A stretch of 64,000 nucleotides of DNA from Candidatus Poribacteria bacterium (lineage in GTDB: Bacteria; Poribacteria; WGA-4E; PCPOR2b). Positions 39,486 to 49,935 of the stretch are shown here, piece by piece. The notes below the pieces were generated by a model. The model was not told the origin of the DNA. It worked only from the letters and a program-made list of their open reading frames with translations, and did not search any database. The translations under genes were made by a program, and so were the position numbers. The stretch is taken from NCBI GenBank assembly GCA_965198175.1, contig OZ240245.1, forward strand, positions 1,952,001 to 2,016,000, given 5' to 3'. Numbering within the stretch: position 1 is the first letter of the stretch; each line of letters starts with the position of its first letter.

Positions 39486-40889
39486 ATGAAACCGAGGACG
39501 ATGTTTGAAAAGATTTGGGACGCTCACATTGTACGTGAGGCACCGGGGGAAGCGACAATTCTATATATTGACACACATCTCATTCACGAAGTCACCTCCC
39601 CCCAAGCGTTTGAAGGCTTGAGACTCGCCGGGCGAAAAGTGCGATGCCCGCATCTCGCTTTTGCGACGATGGATCACAATGTGCCGACAACGGACAGATC
39701 GCTCCCAATCACGGACCAGATTGCTGCCAAACAGATAGAAACGTTGGCGAAAAATTGCAGTGAATTTGGGGTTACCTTGTACGACCTGCATAGTGCGAAA
39801 CAAGGTATAGTCCATGTGATTGGTCCTGAACTTGGGATTACGCAGCCCGGTAAGACGATTGTTTGCGGCGACAGCCACACCTCGACACACGGCGCGTTAG
39901 GGGCGCTTGCCTTCGGCATTGGAACTAGCGAGATTGAGCATGTTCTCGCGACACAATGCCTCCTGCAGCAGCGTCCAAAAACCTTTGAGGTTCGAATCGA
40001 GGGGCAACTGCCTCGACACGTAACCGCGAAGGATGTTATTCTGTCGATTATTGGCAAAATCGGAATCGGTGGCGGCACGGGAACCGTGATTGAATATGCA
40101 GGTTCAACGATTCGATCGCTTAGTATCGAGGAGCGGATGACGATTTGTAACATGTCCATCGAAGCCGGTGCGCGAGCCGGCATGGTTGCACCCGATGACA
40201 CGACCTACGAATATTTAGCGGACCGCGAGTTTGCACCGAAAGGAGAAGCCTTTTATCGAGCCGTCGAGCGCTGGAGCAGACTGTCGACCGACGACGGGGC
40301 GCAGTATGACAAATCAATCACCATTGATGCGGGAACGCTTGCACCACAAGTCACATGGGGAACCAACCCCGGTATGGTGACCGATGTGACAAGCGTTGTC
40401 CCAGATCCGGACGACATGCCGACACTCGATCAGAAAAGTGCAGTCCAACGTGCGCTTGAGTACATAAATCTCACACCGGGAACACGAATGACAGATGTTC
40501 AGGTTGACAAGGTGTTCATCGGCAGTTGTACAAATTCCCGTATCACGGACCTGCGAGCAGCAGCCGAAACGGTTAAAGGACGCAAGGTCGCTCAGACGGT
40601 GAATGCACTTGTTGTACCGGGTTCGCAAGCCGTCAAGCGGGAAGCCGAATCGGAAGGCTTGGATGACATCTTCCGCGCCGCCGGCTTTGAGTGGCGTGAG
40701 GCTGGATGTAGTATGTGCCTCGGCATGAATCCGGATATCCTGATGCCGGGACAGAGGTGTGCGAGCACGTCGAACCGAAATTTTGAGGGCAGGCAAGGAA
40801 AAGGCGGGCGAACACACCTTGTCAGTCCGCAAATGGCTGCGGCGGCTGCGATTGCCGGGCATTTCGTCGATGTTCGGACGTGGGAATAA
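39486..40889 (+). CDS. leuC: 3-isopropylmalate dehydratase large subunit
   Basis: [37 protein letters not shown]. Confidence 0.98.
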   Translation: MKPRTMFEKIWDAHIVREAPGEATILYIDTHLIHEVTSPQAFEGLRLAGRKVRCPHLAFATMDHNVPTTDRSLPITDQIAAKQIETLAKNCSEFGVTLYDLHSAKQGIVHVIGPELGITQPGKTIVCGDSHTSTHGALGALAFGIGTSEIEHVLATQCLLQQRPKTFEVRIEGQLPRHVTAKDVILSIIGKIGIGGGTGTVIEYAGSTIRSLSIEERMTICNMSIEAGARAGMVAPDDTTYEYLADREFAPKGEAFYRAVERWSRLSTDDGAQYDKSITIDAGTLAPQVTWGTNPGMVTDVTSVVPDPDDMPTLDQKSAVQRALEYINLTPGTRMTDVQVDKVFIGSCTNSRITDLRAAAETVKGRKVAQTVNALVVPGSQAVKREAESEGLDDIFRAAGFEWREAGCSMCLGMNPDILMPGQRCASTSNRNFEGRQGKGGRTHLVSPQMAAAAAIAGHFVDVRTWE

Positions 40890-40944
40890 CACTTAATCGC
40901 AACACGCAACAATTTTCATCGGTTAGCCAACAGGAGACAGGAGA

Positions 40945-41538
40945 ATGGAAGCTTTTCGGAAGCACACGGGGCTTTGCGTCCCACTAAATCGAATCAATGT
41001 CGATACCGACCAAATTATCCCCAAGCAGTTTCTCAAACGCATAGAACGCACCGGTTTTGGCGCGTTTCTCTTCCACGATTGGCGTTTTCTTGACACCGGC
41101 GAACCCAATCCGGACTTCGTTTTGAACACCCCGCGATATCAGGGAGGTAGTATCATCGTCGCAGGGCTCAACTTTGGCTGTGGAAGCTCTCGTGAACATG
41201 CGCCCTGGGCGATCCAAGATTACGGTTTCGAGGCAGTTATCGCGCCGTCGTTCGGGGATATTTTCAGCAACAACTGCTACAAGAACGGCATCTTACCGGT
41301 CGTTTTGTCCGAGCAGACTGTTGCAGATCTCATTAGACAGATTGAGGTGCAAGAAGGCTACACGTTGACAATCGATCTCGAAACGCAGAACGTAACTCAA
41401 CCGGACGGGGTGATACACCCGTTTGAGATTGGTGATTTCCAGAAACAGTGCCTGCTAAACGGCTTGGATGAAATCGGTTGGACACTCCAGTTTGAATCGT
41501 CTATTGCTGAGTACGAGAGTCGAAGGGAAATCCATTAA
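40945..41538 (+). CDS. leuD: 3-isopropylmalate dehydratase small subunit
   Basis: [24 protein letters not shown]. Confidence 0.98.
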   Translation: MEAFRKHTGLCVPLNRINVDTDQIIPKQFLKRIERTGFGAFLFHDWRFLDTGEPNPDFVLNTPRYQGGSIIVAGLNFGCGSSREHAPWAIQDYGFEAVIAPSFGDIFSNNCYKNGILPVVLSEQTVADLIRQIEVQEGYTLTIDLETQNVTQPDGVIHPFEIGDFQKQCLLNGLDEIGWTLQFESSIAEYESRREIH

Positions 41539-41560
41539 GGTAGCGTGAATGCCCATAGAT

Positions 41561-41700
41561 GCTATAGTCAATTCCATTCATATTTACACATGTTTCGGTA
41601 GGTGCGGTTTCCAACCGCACCCGCGGACTAGATAAATACGGGTTCGGTTAGGAAACCGAACCTACCGCAGTGTATAAATAATTATCGGTTTTACTATAGC
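41561..41700. mobile_element. MITE/REPIN-like element with nested inverted repeats
   Basis: Termini GCTATAGT/ACTATAGC; inner inverted GTAG-type REP pair at 41596-41622 and 41640-41667. Confidence 0.75.
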
Positions 41701-41909
41701 GGTCAAAAGTCGTAGAATAATGGCTATAGATGTGAACACTGCCCAACCGGCTCGACACGAATCCTATTTGTATCCGCTCAGAAACCCAACCAAAGAAACC
41801 AACGCCTATTTCACTGACCGCAACCACTGTTTCCGTCATTAAATTTTCAGATGGACACAACTAGACGGCTTTTTGACCACGACGTGTCTTGTCAAGTATC
41901 ATCTCATTG

Positions 41910-42590
41910 TTAGCGGCACCCCCATAAGCGATAGCGGTCAACTGCGCCTGACTCGATAATGTTAGCCGGTAGGTTAGGCACATAATCCACGTCTTTCGCT
42001 TCGTGGATCAATACGGTAGGCGTGTCTAATTCGGCGGGATGCGGTTTCGCGTTAGGAAACAGGTTCTTGATGCGCTGGTCTACAGTCCAGGGTTGCGATA
42101 GTTCTTTAGCCTGTGCCTCGGTGATTGTAACCTCAGTCTGTTCCTCTACGTCACTGTCAGCTCCTCCCTCGGATCTTCCACCATGTTCATCCTCAGTACG
42201 TCCATCAGGGCGTTCGCTCCCTGTTCCGGTGTCTGTGCCTTCTCCAGTCTTGCTACTATCCCCGTCGGTATCTTGTCCGGACTCGTCAGAAGGTACTGTT
42301 GGGCTTGTTTCGGTGGCATCCCCATCAGGTCTCCCACCTTTATCTGGTACTCCTCCTGGTTCTCCAGTTGTTGTTCCTCCAGTATCCCCCACTCCAGAAG
42401 TCTCAGGCTGTGTAGTTGTGCCGGGTCGCTTTCCCCCCCCATCCCCTTCACCTGTTTCAGTAGTTCCCCCGCTTTCTGATTGAGGGGGTGTCGATTCAGT
42501 ATCTTTACCGCCTGGTTCCGTTTCTGTCTCCATTTCTGTATCTGTAGTTCTCGCTGCCCCATCTTGCCCTTTAGTGTGTTTTCCCTCAGA
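41910..42590 (-). pseudogene. Fragment of a large mobile-element protein: acidic G/T/E linker then the start of a strawberry-notch-like helicase region
   Basis: Low-complexity linker followed by NAKPHPAELDTP...YVPNLPANIIESG, then abrupt end. Confidence 0.5.
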
Positions 42591-45500
42591 GGGACAATAC
42601 TCCTTTCTTCTAATGCACGCCATAGTCCCTCTAAAGCACGTACGCGATTCAGATAGAAGGCAGATTGGCGAACCCGGAAGAACTCCCAACCGCAGCGTTC
42701 CAACTGTCGCTGGCGAAACATGTCGGCTTCGTATTCATCAGGTCCGTGCCATGCATCGCCATCACACTCCACTGCTAAACGTGCATTTCCGCCCTCAATA
42801 ACGAGATCGATTCGCTTCGTGGCAACTTTGTACTGCGGTATGACGTTGAACCCTCTTCTCGCAATTTCCAACGCGACATCAAGTTCAAACCAACTTTCGA
42901 ATGGGGCCGGCGGATTGACGATGTGCCGGTTATTTTCTCTAGCCAGCCGTTCCAGTGTCGCTAAATCGATTCCATCAATCTGCTGCGGTGTAGTGTTTTC
43001 GAAGAATTCCAGCAAGCGACGTCTTAAGCACCTTTCGCTAAGGTCTTCACGTATGACTGAATGGAAAAGGTACATCTGATCTTTAGCGCGACTTGCGGCG
43101 ACGTTGAACCGTTGTTCATCGGTTACTCTTGCAAACGTTCCAATTCGCTCGTTTGTAGCGGCTACCAGTGATAGGAACATAATGTCACGCTCGTCACCCT
43201 GAAAACTGTACGGGTTACCGCACACCAACTTTCTTCGATTCATCTCTTCTACACCTAGTCGTTTTAACAGTTGTCTCTCAATCAAGCGCGCTTGTTCCGC
43301 GCCTTGCAGAACCACGACCCCCATAGTTTTATCGTCATATCGTCCAGTAGAATCATTGCATAACTCGAATATTTTTTCGACAATAGCCTCGGCTTCCGGG
43401 CGATTTATTACGCGGTTTCCCGAACCCTCTCGATAGCCGCCACTTACAAACACACGCTCAAGGGGGACCAATCGATTTGGCCCATATTGTCTCAAGGGAA
43501 TCAACGGTGTATCGGAATAACAGAGATTGTTGCTGAAGCTTATTATTTCGGGCATACATCGAAAATGCTCGCGCAACGTGATGTGCTGCGATCCATATCG
43601 TAGTTTGCCGTGGTCGAAAATACTGCTCTCAACACGGAAGGCTGCCTTGAATTCGTAATCGTAGAGAAATTCTTCAGTTAGGTGATTCACAGCGTCGCGG
43701 GGTAGCCCCACGGCCTCCGGGCTAATCTGTTTGTCGTCGCCCACAATCAACATCTTCTTTCCAAGATAGAACAGTGGAATTGCCTCGATTCCGCATTGTG
43801 ACGCTTCGTCAACAATGACAACATCATACATCCCCGGCGCTGCGACCGCCGTGTCCCAAACGCGATGTAATGGCATGACCCACGCAGGCACCGCTTTATA
43901 GAACTGCTCGAAGTGTTTTTGTGCTGTACGCAGTTTTTCTGCCGCGCGGGGTCCCGTGCCTTTTCCATAATGTCGCATTGCCTGGCACCATGCTTCCATA
44001 TGACGCCGATGATATTCAGTCAAACGCGAGAAAAAGAACGACCAAGCACGCCGTTCGGCAAGTTGAGCAACTACGGCGTTAATTTCGTCTTCAATTTGCT
44101 TGGCTCGCCGAGCAAGCGCCGGGGCATCTTCTTCGGCGATGAAGTCTTCAACCCAAAATCTAGCATACGCCCAATGCCAAGCGTTCTCAATTTTTCCTAA
44201 TCGCTCATCCCAATACGAGTCATTACACGTTCGCACAAATTCATCCATTAGCTTCGGCAAATGCTGGCGTAATGCTGACAGATACATATTTAGTTCTCGA
44301 ACGTGTTCTTGTTCGTCACGCAAGTTTTGTAGCTTGTTTGCAATTGTTGCAACACTGACCGTATTGCGTTCGCGAATTGCATCGAGTAGGTTGCGGGTTA
44401 ACGGGTGTGCGTTACTATTGGCGGCGAGTGATTCAATCGAATTTTCAATTTTCCGAATCTCATGTTCACGCGTTCGCCTATGTTGACGGGCAAGCGCAAA
44501 ACGACAAGATGCGATCAGCGTTTCGACCTGTGATTCATCAAGCCAAATCGGTTCGTGGATTGCCGGATACTGGCGAATTATCTCGCGGCACTTATTGGTT
44601 AGCTCCTCAAGCGACAATGCCTTTTCAAGAGCGTCGCCTAACCTCTTGAGTTCAAGCATTTGTAGTTGGAAAGGTCCTTGAGGTTTTTCGGCGCGTCCTA
44701 GCCAGAAACCCCATGCCTTCTCACATTCGCGGCGAACTCTTAATGCCATTTCCAAGTCCTGAAAATCTTGAAGTGTAGAGGGCCGTCTACCATTGACGCG
44801 AATTTTCTTGATTAATCGACGATTCTTTACGATTGGCTCCGGCAGGATGCAGAACAATGTGAGTTTGCCGCCATTTCTGAGGTGAAGTAGAAGCTCGGTA
44901 GACGCCTGATGCAGTGAGTTGAGATTGATTTCCTTAGGGTTATTTATATCAGTGTTATCGGCGACTTCAGCCAGCGGCTCAATTGTGGTTAATGTATGCT
45001 TCGTAGCCTCCAAAATCTGGCGCCATGAATCGGTATTGCCTGCTATGGCGTCACGTACTACCCCCTCCATCCATGAATATGCCAACGCCATCAAATTTCG
45101 GCGCATATCGAGAAACTGATTGAGCGTGTCTCGAATGCTTTCAATATCGGCGCCAGTCTGACTTGACAATACAGCCGCCACACGTTCATCCGCGCCGTTC
45201 TCAGCAATGTTTTCTTCTTCAATTGCCTTCGCCTCGTTCTCAACGAGGTTTTCCCACAACGTTGAGGAAGGCAAGTTGTCTGGCAAATCAAGTTCTAATT
45301 CCTGCCGTTTTTCCGGTGTAAAATACCGTAACGCCTTGAGGATTCTATGCAAATCATCGTCGCTGGTTGGGCAGGTTCTGTCTTCAGTTACGTCGTCTTT
45401 AAACCATTTATAGGCGTTCCTATGCCTGTTGACAGCCTCTGCAATTTCGGTAGCGGTCCCTGAATAAGTGCCCTCCGCTATAGATCTCGCCTGAGTTTCA

Positions 45501-47047
45501 GATTCGCGAATGTCGCGAAGCCGACGGTCGATCTTTGCCTTTTCCTCTCGCAATTTACGAATATTCGTCTTAAGTTGTTCGCATTCACGGCGCGATCTGT
45601 CTTGGTTCCACGTATCATGTTTATGATGTATTTTTTTGACGCTAGTTTCTAGAGAACCACCTTTTCCGAGACCTTCGTCAATGAGGTTGATACATAGAGC
45701 GCGCAATTTTTCTGGAACAAGTTCTTCAAGCACTTTAAGCGCTCGCGGCGTCTTGGCGGTAATGAGTACCCGTTGTCCCGTGGCGAGTAGATGGCAAATC
45801 AGATTCGCAATGGTGTGTGACTTCCCAGTTCCAGGCGGTCCTTGGACGACTACGCCGTTTGTTGAACTGATTTTTTTCACGATATCGCGTTGTTCTTCAT
45901 TTGATGGCTTTGGGAAGAACACTTCGTCATCAAACTCCGAATCTGTTTGGCATGACTCACCGTTGGTGTGTTGATCGTTTGTCAATGGAATCTCGGCAAG
46001 GTCGCGAAATTCGTTAGGAATGTCCTCTCCGGTTTTAATTTCTTCTCTGATGCGTTTGAGCGTATCCGTGAGCCCTTTGACGGAGCGTTTTCTCAGAATC
46101 AAGGCCGGCGCATAAACAACGACTGGATTATCACGAAATGGTATGTCAGTAGCATTCAGCGAACCGCCAAATCTACCGTGGGTATCAAACGAGTGTACAA
46201 GCGATTTCAGCACCCCGTCAACTATCTCTATTTCCCAAGGATCGTCGCTTCCTTTTAGCGCATTTATCGCCACTGTTTCGGCATTTGGGGGGCACTCTTC
46301 AGCGTCCAGCATGTCGAGTTCCGGTCGAAGTTTCGCGCCTTCTGCATGCGGCCTAACAGTAAACTTTCCCATTTTCGTTTCAAACTTAAGCATGGCATTT
46401 GAAACGAGTAAGTGCCGTCGGATGTGTTGTCCGGAAGGCGATCGCCAAATGAGAAGACCTAAACTAAGCACCAATTCGTATTCCTCACCTAGCCGGCTCT
46501 GTTCGCGATCAATTGCAAAGAGATGCGAATATACTTTGTGGATCGACGCCCATGCCTTATAATCTGCCGCCCAATTTAGCCACTTACTTTCAACATACGA
46601 GTCCCATGCCTTCTGCACCTCCGGGTAATCTTCAAGGCGCTTGGTGTGTGGGATTGGTTCCGGTTGTTCTGAATCTTCGCTCCTATCTGGGTTATCAATC
46701 AGTACGGTGATTTCGGGTAATATCTCAGGTAAATCGCTCGTGTTGCGTAGCGATTCAATGTTGACCCAGTCTTGGCAAAGATCTGGAACAGTGGGTAAAT
46801 CGGGCTCATTCGGTCTCTGGATTTCAATCCAGATGTCAGCACCATGATTCTCATCACGTCCCCACGCCTGTGTAAAACATCCCTTCTGGCGTGGAACATC
46901 GTTTAGCCAAAGCACACTTTGGTAATCATCAACATTCCTCACAACCTTCGATCGCAACAGGGCAATCCGTGTCAAATAATCGACAAGGCGAATTGCCTTT
47001 TCTCGCTCGGCACTGTCTGTTATTGGATTGTTCAAAGAATCGCTCAC
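42146..47047 (-). CDS. Superfamily 1 (Upf1/DNA2-like) helicase with a C-terminal DUF559/Vsr-like nuclease and a foreign tail
   Basis: QGPPGTGKS, DEASQ, VGDDKQ, LREHFRC, FQGDERD, NVAASRAK; ESWFELDV..RIDLV..AVECDG..WH..RQRQLE..GW. Confidence 0.88.
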   Translation of the reverse strand: MSDSLNNPITDSAEREKAIRLVDYLTRIALLRSKVVRNVDDYQSVLWLNDVPRQKGCFTQAWGRDENHGADIWIEIQRPNEPDLPTVPDLCQDWVNIESLRNTSDLPEILPEITVLIDNPDRSEDSEQPEPIPHTKRLEDYPEVQKAWDSYVESKWLNWAADYKAWASIHKVYSHLFAIDREQSRLGEEYELVLSLGLLIWRSPSGQHIRRHLLVSNAMLKFETKMGKFTVRPHAEGAKLRPELDMLDAEECPPNAETVAINALKGSDDPWEIEIVDGVLKSLVHSFDTHGRFGGSLNATDIPFRDNPVVVYAPALILRKRSVKGLTDTLKRIREEIKTGEDIPNEFRDLAEIPLTNDQHTNGESCQTDSEFDDEVFFPKPSNEEQRDIVKKISSTNGVVVQGPPGTGKSHTIANLICHLLATGQRVLITAKTPRALKVLEELVPEKLRALCINLIDEGLGKGGSLETSVKKIHHKHDTWNQDRSRRECEQLKTNIRKLREEKAKIDRRLRDIRESETQARSIAEGTYSGTATEIAEAVNRHRNAYKWFKDDVTEDRTCPTSDDDLHRILKALRYFTPEKRQELELDLPDNLPSSTLWENLVENEAKAIEEENIAENGADERVAAVLSSQTGADIESIRDTLNQFLDMRRNLMALAYSWMEGVVRDAIAGNTDSWRQILEATKHTLTTIEPLAEVADNTDINNPKEINLNSLHQASTELLLHLRNGGKLTLFCILPEPIVKNRRLIKKIRVNGRRPSTLQDFQDLEMALRVRRECEKAWGFWLGRAEKPQGPFQLQMLELKRLGDALEKALSLEELTNKCREIIRQYPAIHEPIWLDESQVETLIASCRFALARQHRRTREHEIRKIENSIESLAANSNAHPLTRNLLDAIRERNTVSVATIANKLQNLRDEQEHVRELNMYLSALRQHLPKLMDEFVRTCNDSYWDERLGKIENAWHWAYARFWVEDFIAEEDAPALARRAKQIEDEINAVVAQLAERRAWSFFFSRLTEYHRRHMEAWCQAMRHYGKGTGPRAAEKLRTAQKHFEQFYKAVPAWVMPLHRVWDTAVAAPGMYDVVIVDEASQCGIEAIPLFYLGKKMLIVGDDKQISPEAVGLPRDAVNHLTEEFLYDYEFKAAFRVESSIFDHGKLRYGSQHITLREHFRCMPEIISFSNNLCYSDTPLIPLRQYGPNRLVPLERVFVSGGYREGSGNRVINRPEAEAIVEKIFELCNDSTGRYDDKTMGVVVLQGAEQARLIERQLLKRLGVEEMNRRKLVCGNPYSFQGDERDIMFLSLVAATNERIGTFARVTDEQRFNVAASRAKDQMYLFHSVIREDLSERCLRRRLLEFFENTTPQQIDGIDLATLERLARENNRHIVNPPAPFESWFELDVALEIARRGFNVIPQYKVATKRIDLVIEGGNARLAVECDGDAWHGPDEYEADMFRQRQLERCGWEFFRVRQSAFYLNRVRALEGLWRALEERSIVPLRENTLKGKMGQRELQIQKWRQKRNQAVKILNRHPLNQKAGELLKQVKGMGGESDPAQLHSLRLLEWGILEEQQLENQEEYQIKVGDLMGMPPKQAQQYLLTSPDKIPTGIVARLEKAQTPEQGANALMDVLRMNMVEDPREELTVT

Positions 47048-47148
47048 GTTTTCTGGTTGATGTGTTAGGCAACTTTGCCGGAGAATGATACTTTATTCTT
47101 CGGAAGTATGTCTTAATGGCTTGAAGGATGGATTTCGACGAGGTAAAC

Positions 47149-47183
47149 CCCGCACCGTGGGCGAATACAATCCACGGTGCGGG
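47149..47183. terminator. Strong hairpin after the flotillin operon
   Basis: Perfect 12-bp stem CCCGCACCGTGG/CCACGGTGCGGG; weak U-tail. Confidence 0.5.
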
Positions 47184-47218
47184 CAATGAATCTCAACGAA
47201 TCAGCCTCTAGAGAATAT

Positions 47219-48466
47219 CTAGCTTTCCTGTTGAGAAACTGTAGCAGCGGCAGCGGCGAGCGCTTCTTCGACCCGACGATTTGTCTCCGCATCAATGGCG
47301 TTCGGGTGAATGGCAGAGATTGGACCATCTTGATGAAGGTCGCCAGCGATGACAGTAATCTGATCGACAGGAAACAAATCAAGCGTTTGTGCAAACGGTT
47401 CGATTAAATCCTCAAACTTCTCAATGATGTAGGTTGTCAACCCCTGATCACCCGCCGATCGGAGGATTTCGATGGTTCGCTTAAGTTGGGTGAGTTCGGC
47501 TTGCGCCTGTCCTCGTATTGTCGCAGCTTGGGCTTCTGCCTCTTGAATCATCTTCTCCTTTGTGGCAGCCGCAGGGACGATGGTATCCGCCTCACACCTT
47601 GCCCGCACCATCTCAATACGCTGTTTTTCAGCTTCAATCTGCGCTTGGATTCCCGCGACCTCAGAGTCTGCGTTACGGGTTTCTTCCTGCACATCAATGG
47701 CACCGCGCTGATTTTCTTCAGCCATCTTGACTTTTGCCTCTGCGTCAATCCGCTGATGCTCGTTTTCAAGTTCACGCACAGAAACTTCAGCTCGACGTTC
47801 CTCCGCCTGCTCTTTTGCTGCGGCACGTGCATTCGCTTGTGCTTCGCGGGACTGTGTTTCGGCATCGGCAGTTTGTATCCGCTTGAGTAACGCGATATAC
47901 AGATCGGGCTCTTCAACCCCTTTGAGCCGATGATCGTCCACGTCAGCGATATTCATCGTGGTGATTTCCAGACCGATGCCTTCTAGATCGGATTTGCAGA
48001 CTCTGATCATGTTCTGGATAAGCTGGTCCTTTTGGCTCATCACCTCTTCGGGCGTCATTGCTGCAATGGAGTCGCGCAGATGTCCTTCAATGATAGAGGT
48101 GGCAATCGCTTGGAGATCATTCCAGTTCCTGGTCATGTTCAGGATGCGCTTGACCGCATTGACGAGCCCCTTCTCTGTCTTCGCCACGGCATAACTGACA
48201 GTTGCCTTAACGGTTAAGGGGACAATTCCCTCGGCGATGGCGGACTCCACAACAACCGTCGTCGTTTGGGGGGTTAGATCCATGGTGCTAAAACGGTTGA
48301 TGAGTGGAAACACGAAAACACGCCCGCCTCGGAACATGCTGAAACTACCGCCTTTACCGTGCACCACTCCAAGTTGGCTCGGGGGTATGAGCTTCATCTT
48401 CATTACAAGTTGAAGAATTAGCGTAACGAAGATGAGTAGGCCGAGTGTAATGAGGAAGAGTATCAT
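47219..48466 (-). CDS. SPFH/flotillin family protein
   Basis: N-terminal TM, GGRVFVFP, IEGHLR..IA.MT.EE, EA-rich coiled coil. Confidence 0.85.
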   Translation of the reverse strand: MILFLITLGLLIFVTLILQLVMKMKLIPPSQLGVVHGKGGSFSMFRGGRVFVFPLINRFSTMDLTPQTTTVVVESAIAEGIVPLTVKATVSYAVAKTEKGLVNAVKRILNMTRNWNDLQAIATSIIEGHLRDSIAAMTPEEVMSQKDQLIQNMIRVCKSDLEGIGLEITTMNIADVDDHRLKGVEEPDLYIALLKRIQTADAETQSREAQANARAAAKEQAEERRAEVSVRELENEHQRIDAEAKVKMAEENQRGAIDVQEETRNADSEVAGIQAQIEAEKQRIEMVRARCEADTIVPAAATKEKMIQEAEAQAATIRGQAQAELTQLKRTIEILRSAGDQGLTTYIIEKFEDLIEPFAQTLDLFPVDQITVIAGDLHQDGPISAIHPNAIDAETNRRVEEALAAAAATVSQQES

Positions 48467-49929
48467 GATACACCTCCTTCTTGGATTGTCGCAGATTCCG
48501 TGGTGGGGGGATTTTCTGCCGCTTTCTGGGTGATGAGGTGCTTTACACTAATCCCAAAGCCCTGCTCAAAGCGTTTCAAGAAATCGACAAATGCCGCAGG
48601 ACCTCGATTGACAGCGCTATTGAAGCCATCTTCTTCGTTGAGCACTAGCAGGTTATCAACCTTCAATGACTTCGCGTGTGTGCGATACGCGTCGAAGAGG
48701 TGTGGCAACTGCGTGATGAACAACGCGATTTTGCCCGTATCTCCGGTGTCCTTGAGTAAATCCACTTTCTGTTGAAGAAGCCCATTTTCTGTCTGTTGAA
48801 CAACCTCAACCGCTTTTGCCTCGCCTTCTGCAAGAATTTCCGCGGCGCGGCGCTTGGCTTCAGCCTCCACAATAACCTCAGAGCTGTTCTTCAACTTTTG
48901 AAGTTCCGCTGTGACCTCTTCTATCCGACGTTGCCCCGTGCTGCTCGCTTTGACGGTGGCACTATCCGCCTCAAGCTTTGCGCGGTGGATTGCTGCGTCA
49001 CATTGGCGGCGAAACAGTTCAACGTCTTGTCGGGCTTGAAGGATTTTCTCTGTGGCACGATTTTCATCCACTAACATGCGACGTTTTGAATCAGATTCGG
49101 TGCGCTCGGCACGCGCTTGCAGACGTGCTTCCTCGATTTCTACCTCCTGACGTTTGCGCGAAAGGGTTTTGTTCGCAAGATTCGCGATGTAGTTGGATGT
49201 ATCCCAAATCCGTTGGAGCGATACTGAGACCACATTCATACCAAAGGCGCTCAAGTCCTCACGACAATCCTCAAGCAACAGATGTCGGAAGATTGCCCGA
49301 TCGCCGTCTTTCGTTTGGGGCGTTTCGGCTGAAGGTTCATTGTCCGCTCCTTGCGCACGATCAGCTAAATTCTCTTCCGAAGACAACTGAGTGGTCGTAG
49401 CGGCTGACTCAGTCGATTCTGGCTGCTCTATGCTGTCTACGCTCTCGTCCATGCCGATTGCCTGCAACGGCGTGGTTTTGTTGAGCGTAGCGCGAAAGTT
49501 GCCAATCATCGTCTGCTGAATCTGTTCTTGGATCTGCACACGCGATTTTCCGAGCAGTTGTTGCACAGCGCTGTAGAGTAACACCTTGTCCATGTCGTCA
49601 ATGCAGACACACGCCGTTGCGTCAGATCCGACGGTGATACCATTTGCAGAATTCACATTATCAACCTGTACGTTGATTGGGATGATTGTGATATCAATGA
49701 ATTGGGCGCTCTGAATGAATGGAATGACGAAAGTCCATCCGCCTTTTTGGAGACGGAAGCCGTATTTTTTGCCTTCAACGACGGTTTCTACTCCTCCAGT
49801 AACGACAAGTATGTGGTTAGATGGACAGACACGAATCAAAGCGCGCAGTCCCGCAATCAATACGAGGAATACAATGAGCGCGAGAACACCGCCGACAATG
49901 CCACCGCCCTGAGTAATGATTTCTTCCAT
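48463..49929 (-). CDS. SPFH/flotillin family protein
   Basis: N-terminal TM, GGWTFVIP..Q, GNFR, AE-rich coiled coil; 4-bp overlap with next gene. Confidence 0.85.
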   Translation of the reverse strand: MEEIITQGGGIVGGVLALIVFLVLIAGLRALIRVCPSNHILVVTGGVETVVEGKKYGFRLQKGGWTFVIPFIQSAQFIDITIIPINVQVDNVNSANGITVGSDATACVCIDDMDKVLLYSAVQQLLGKSRVQIQEQIQQTMIGNFRATLNKTTPLQAIGMDESVDSIEQPESTESAATTTQLSSEENLADRAQGADNEPSAETPQTKDGDRAIFRHLLLEDCREDLSAFGMNVVSVSLQRIWDTSNYIANLANKTLSRKRQEVEIEEARLQARAERTESDSKRRMLVDENRATEKILQARQDVELFRRQCDAAIHRAKLEADSATVKASSTGQRRIEEVTAELQKLKNSSEVIVEAEAKRRAAEILAEGEAKAVEVVQQTENGLLQQKVDLLKDTGDTGKIALFITQLPHLFDAYRTHAKSLKVDNLLVLNEEDGFNSAVNRGPAAFVDFLKRFEQGFGISVKHLITQKAAENPPTTESATIQEGGVS

Positions 49930-49935
49930 TATTAT

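Noticed and set aside
42022..42483. Plus-strand S/P/V-rich ORF as a third overlapping gene
   Set aside because: It is the antisense mirror of the low-complexity linker, with no RBS or protein-like features.
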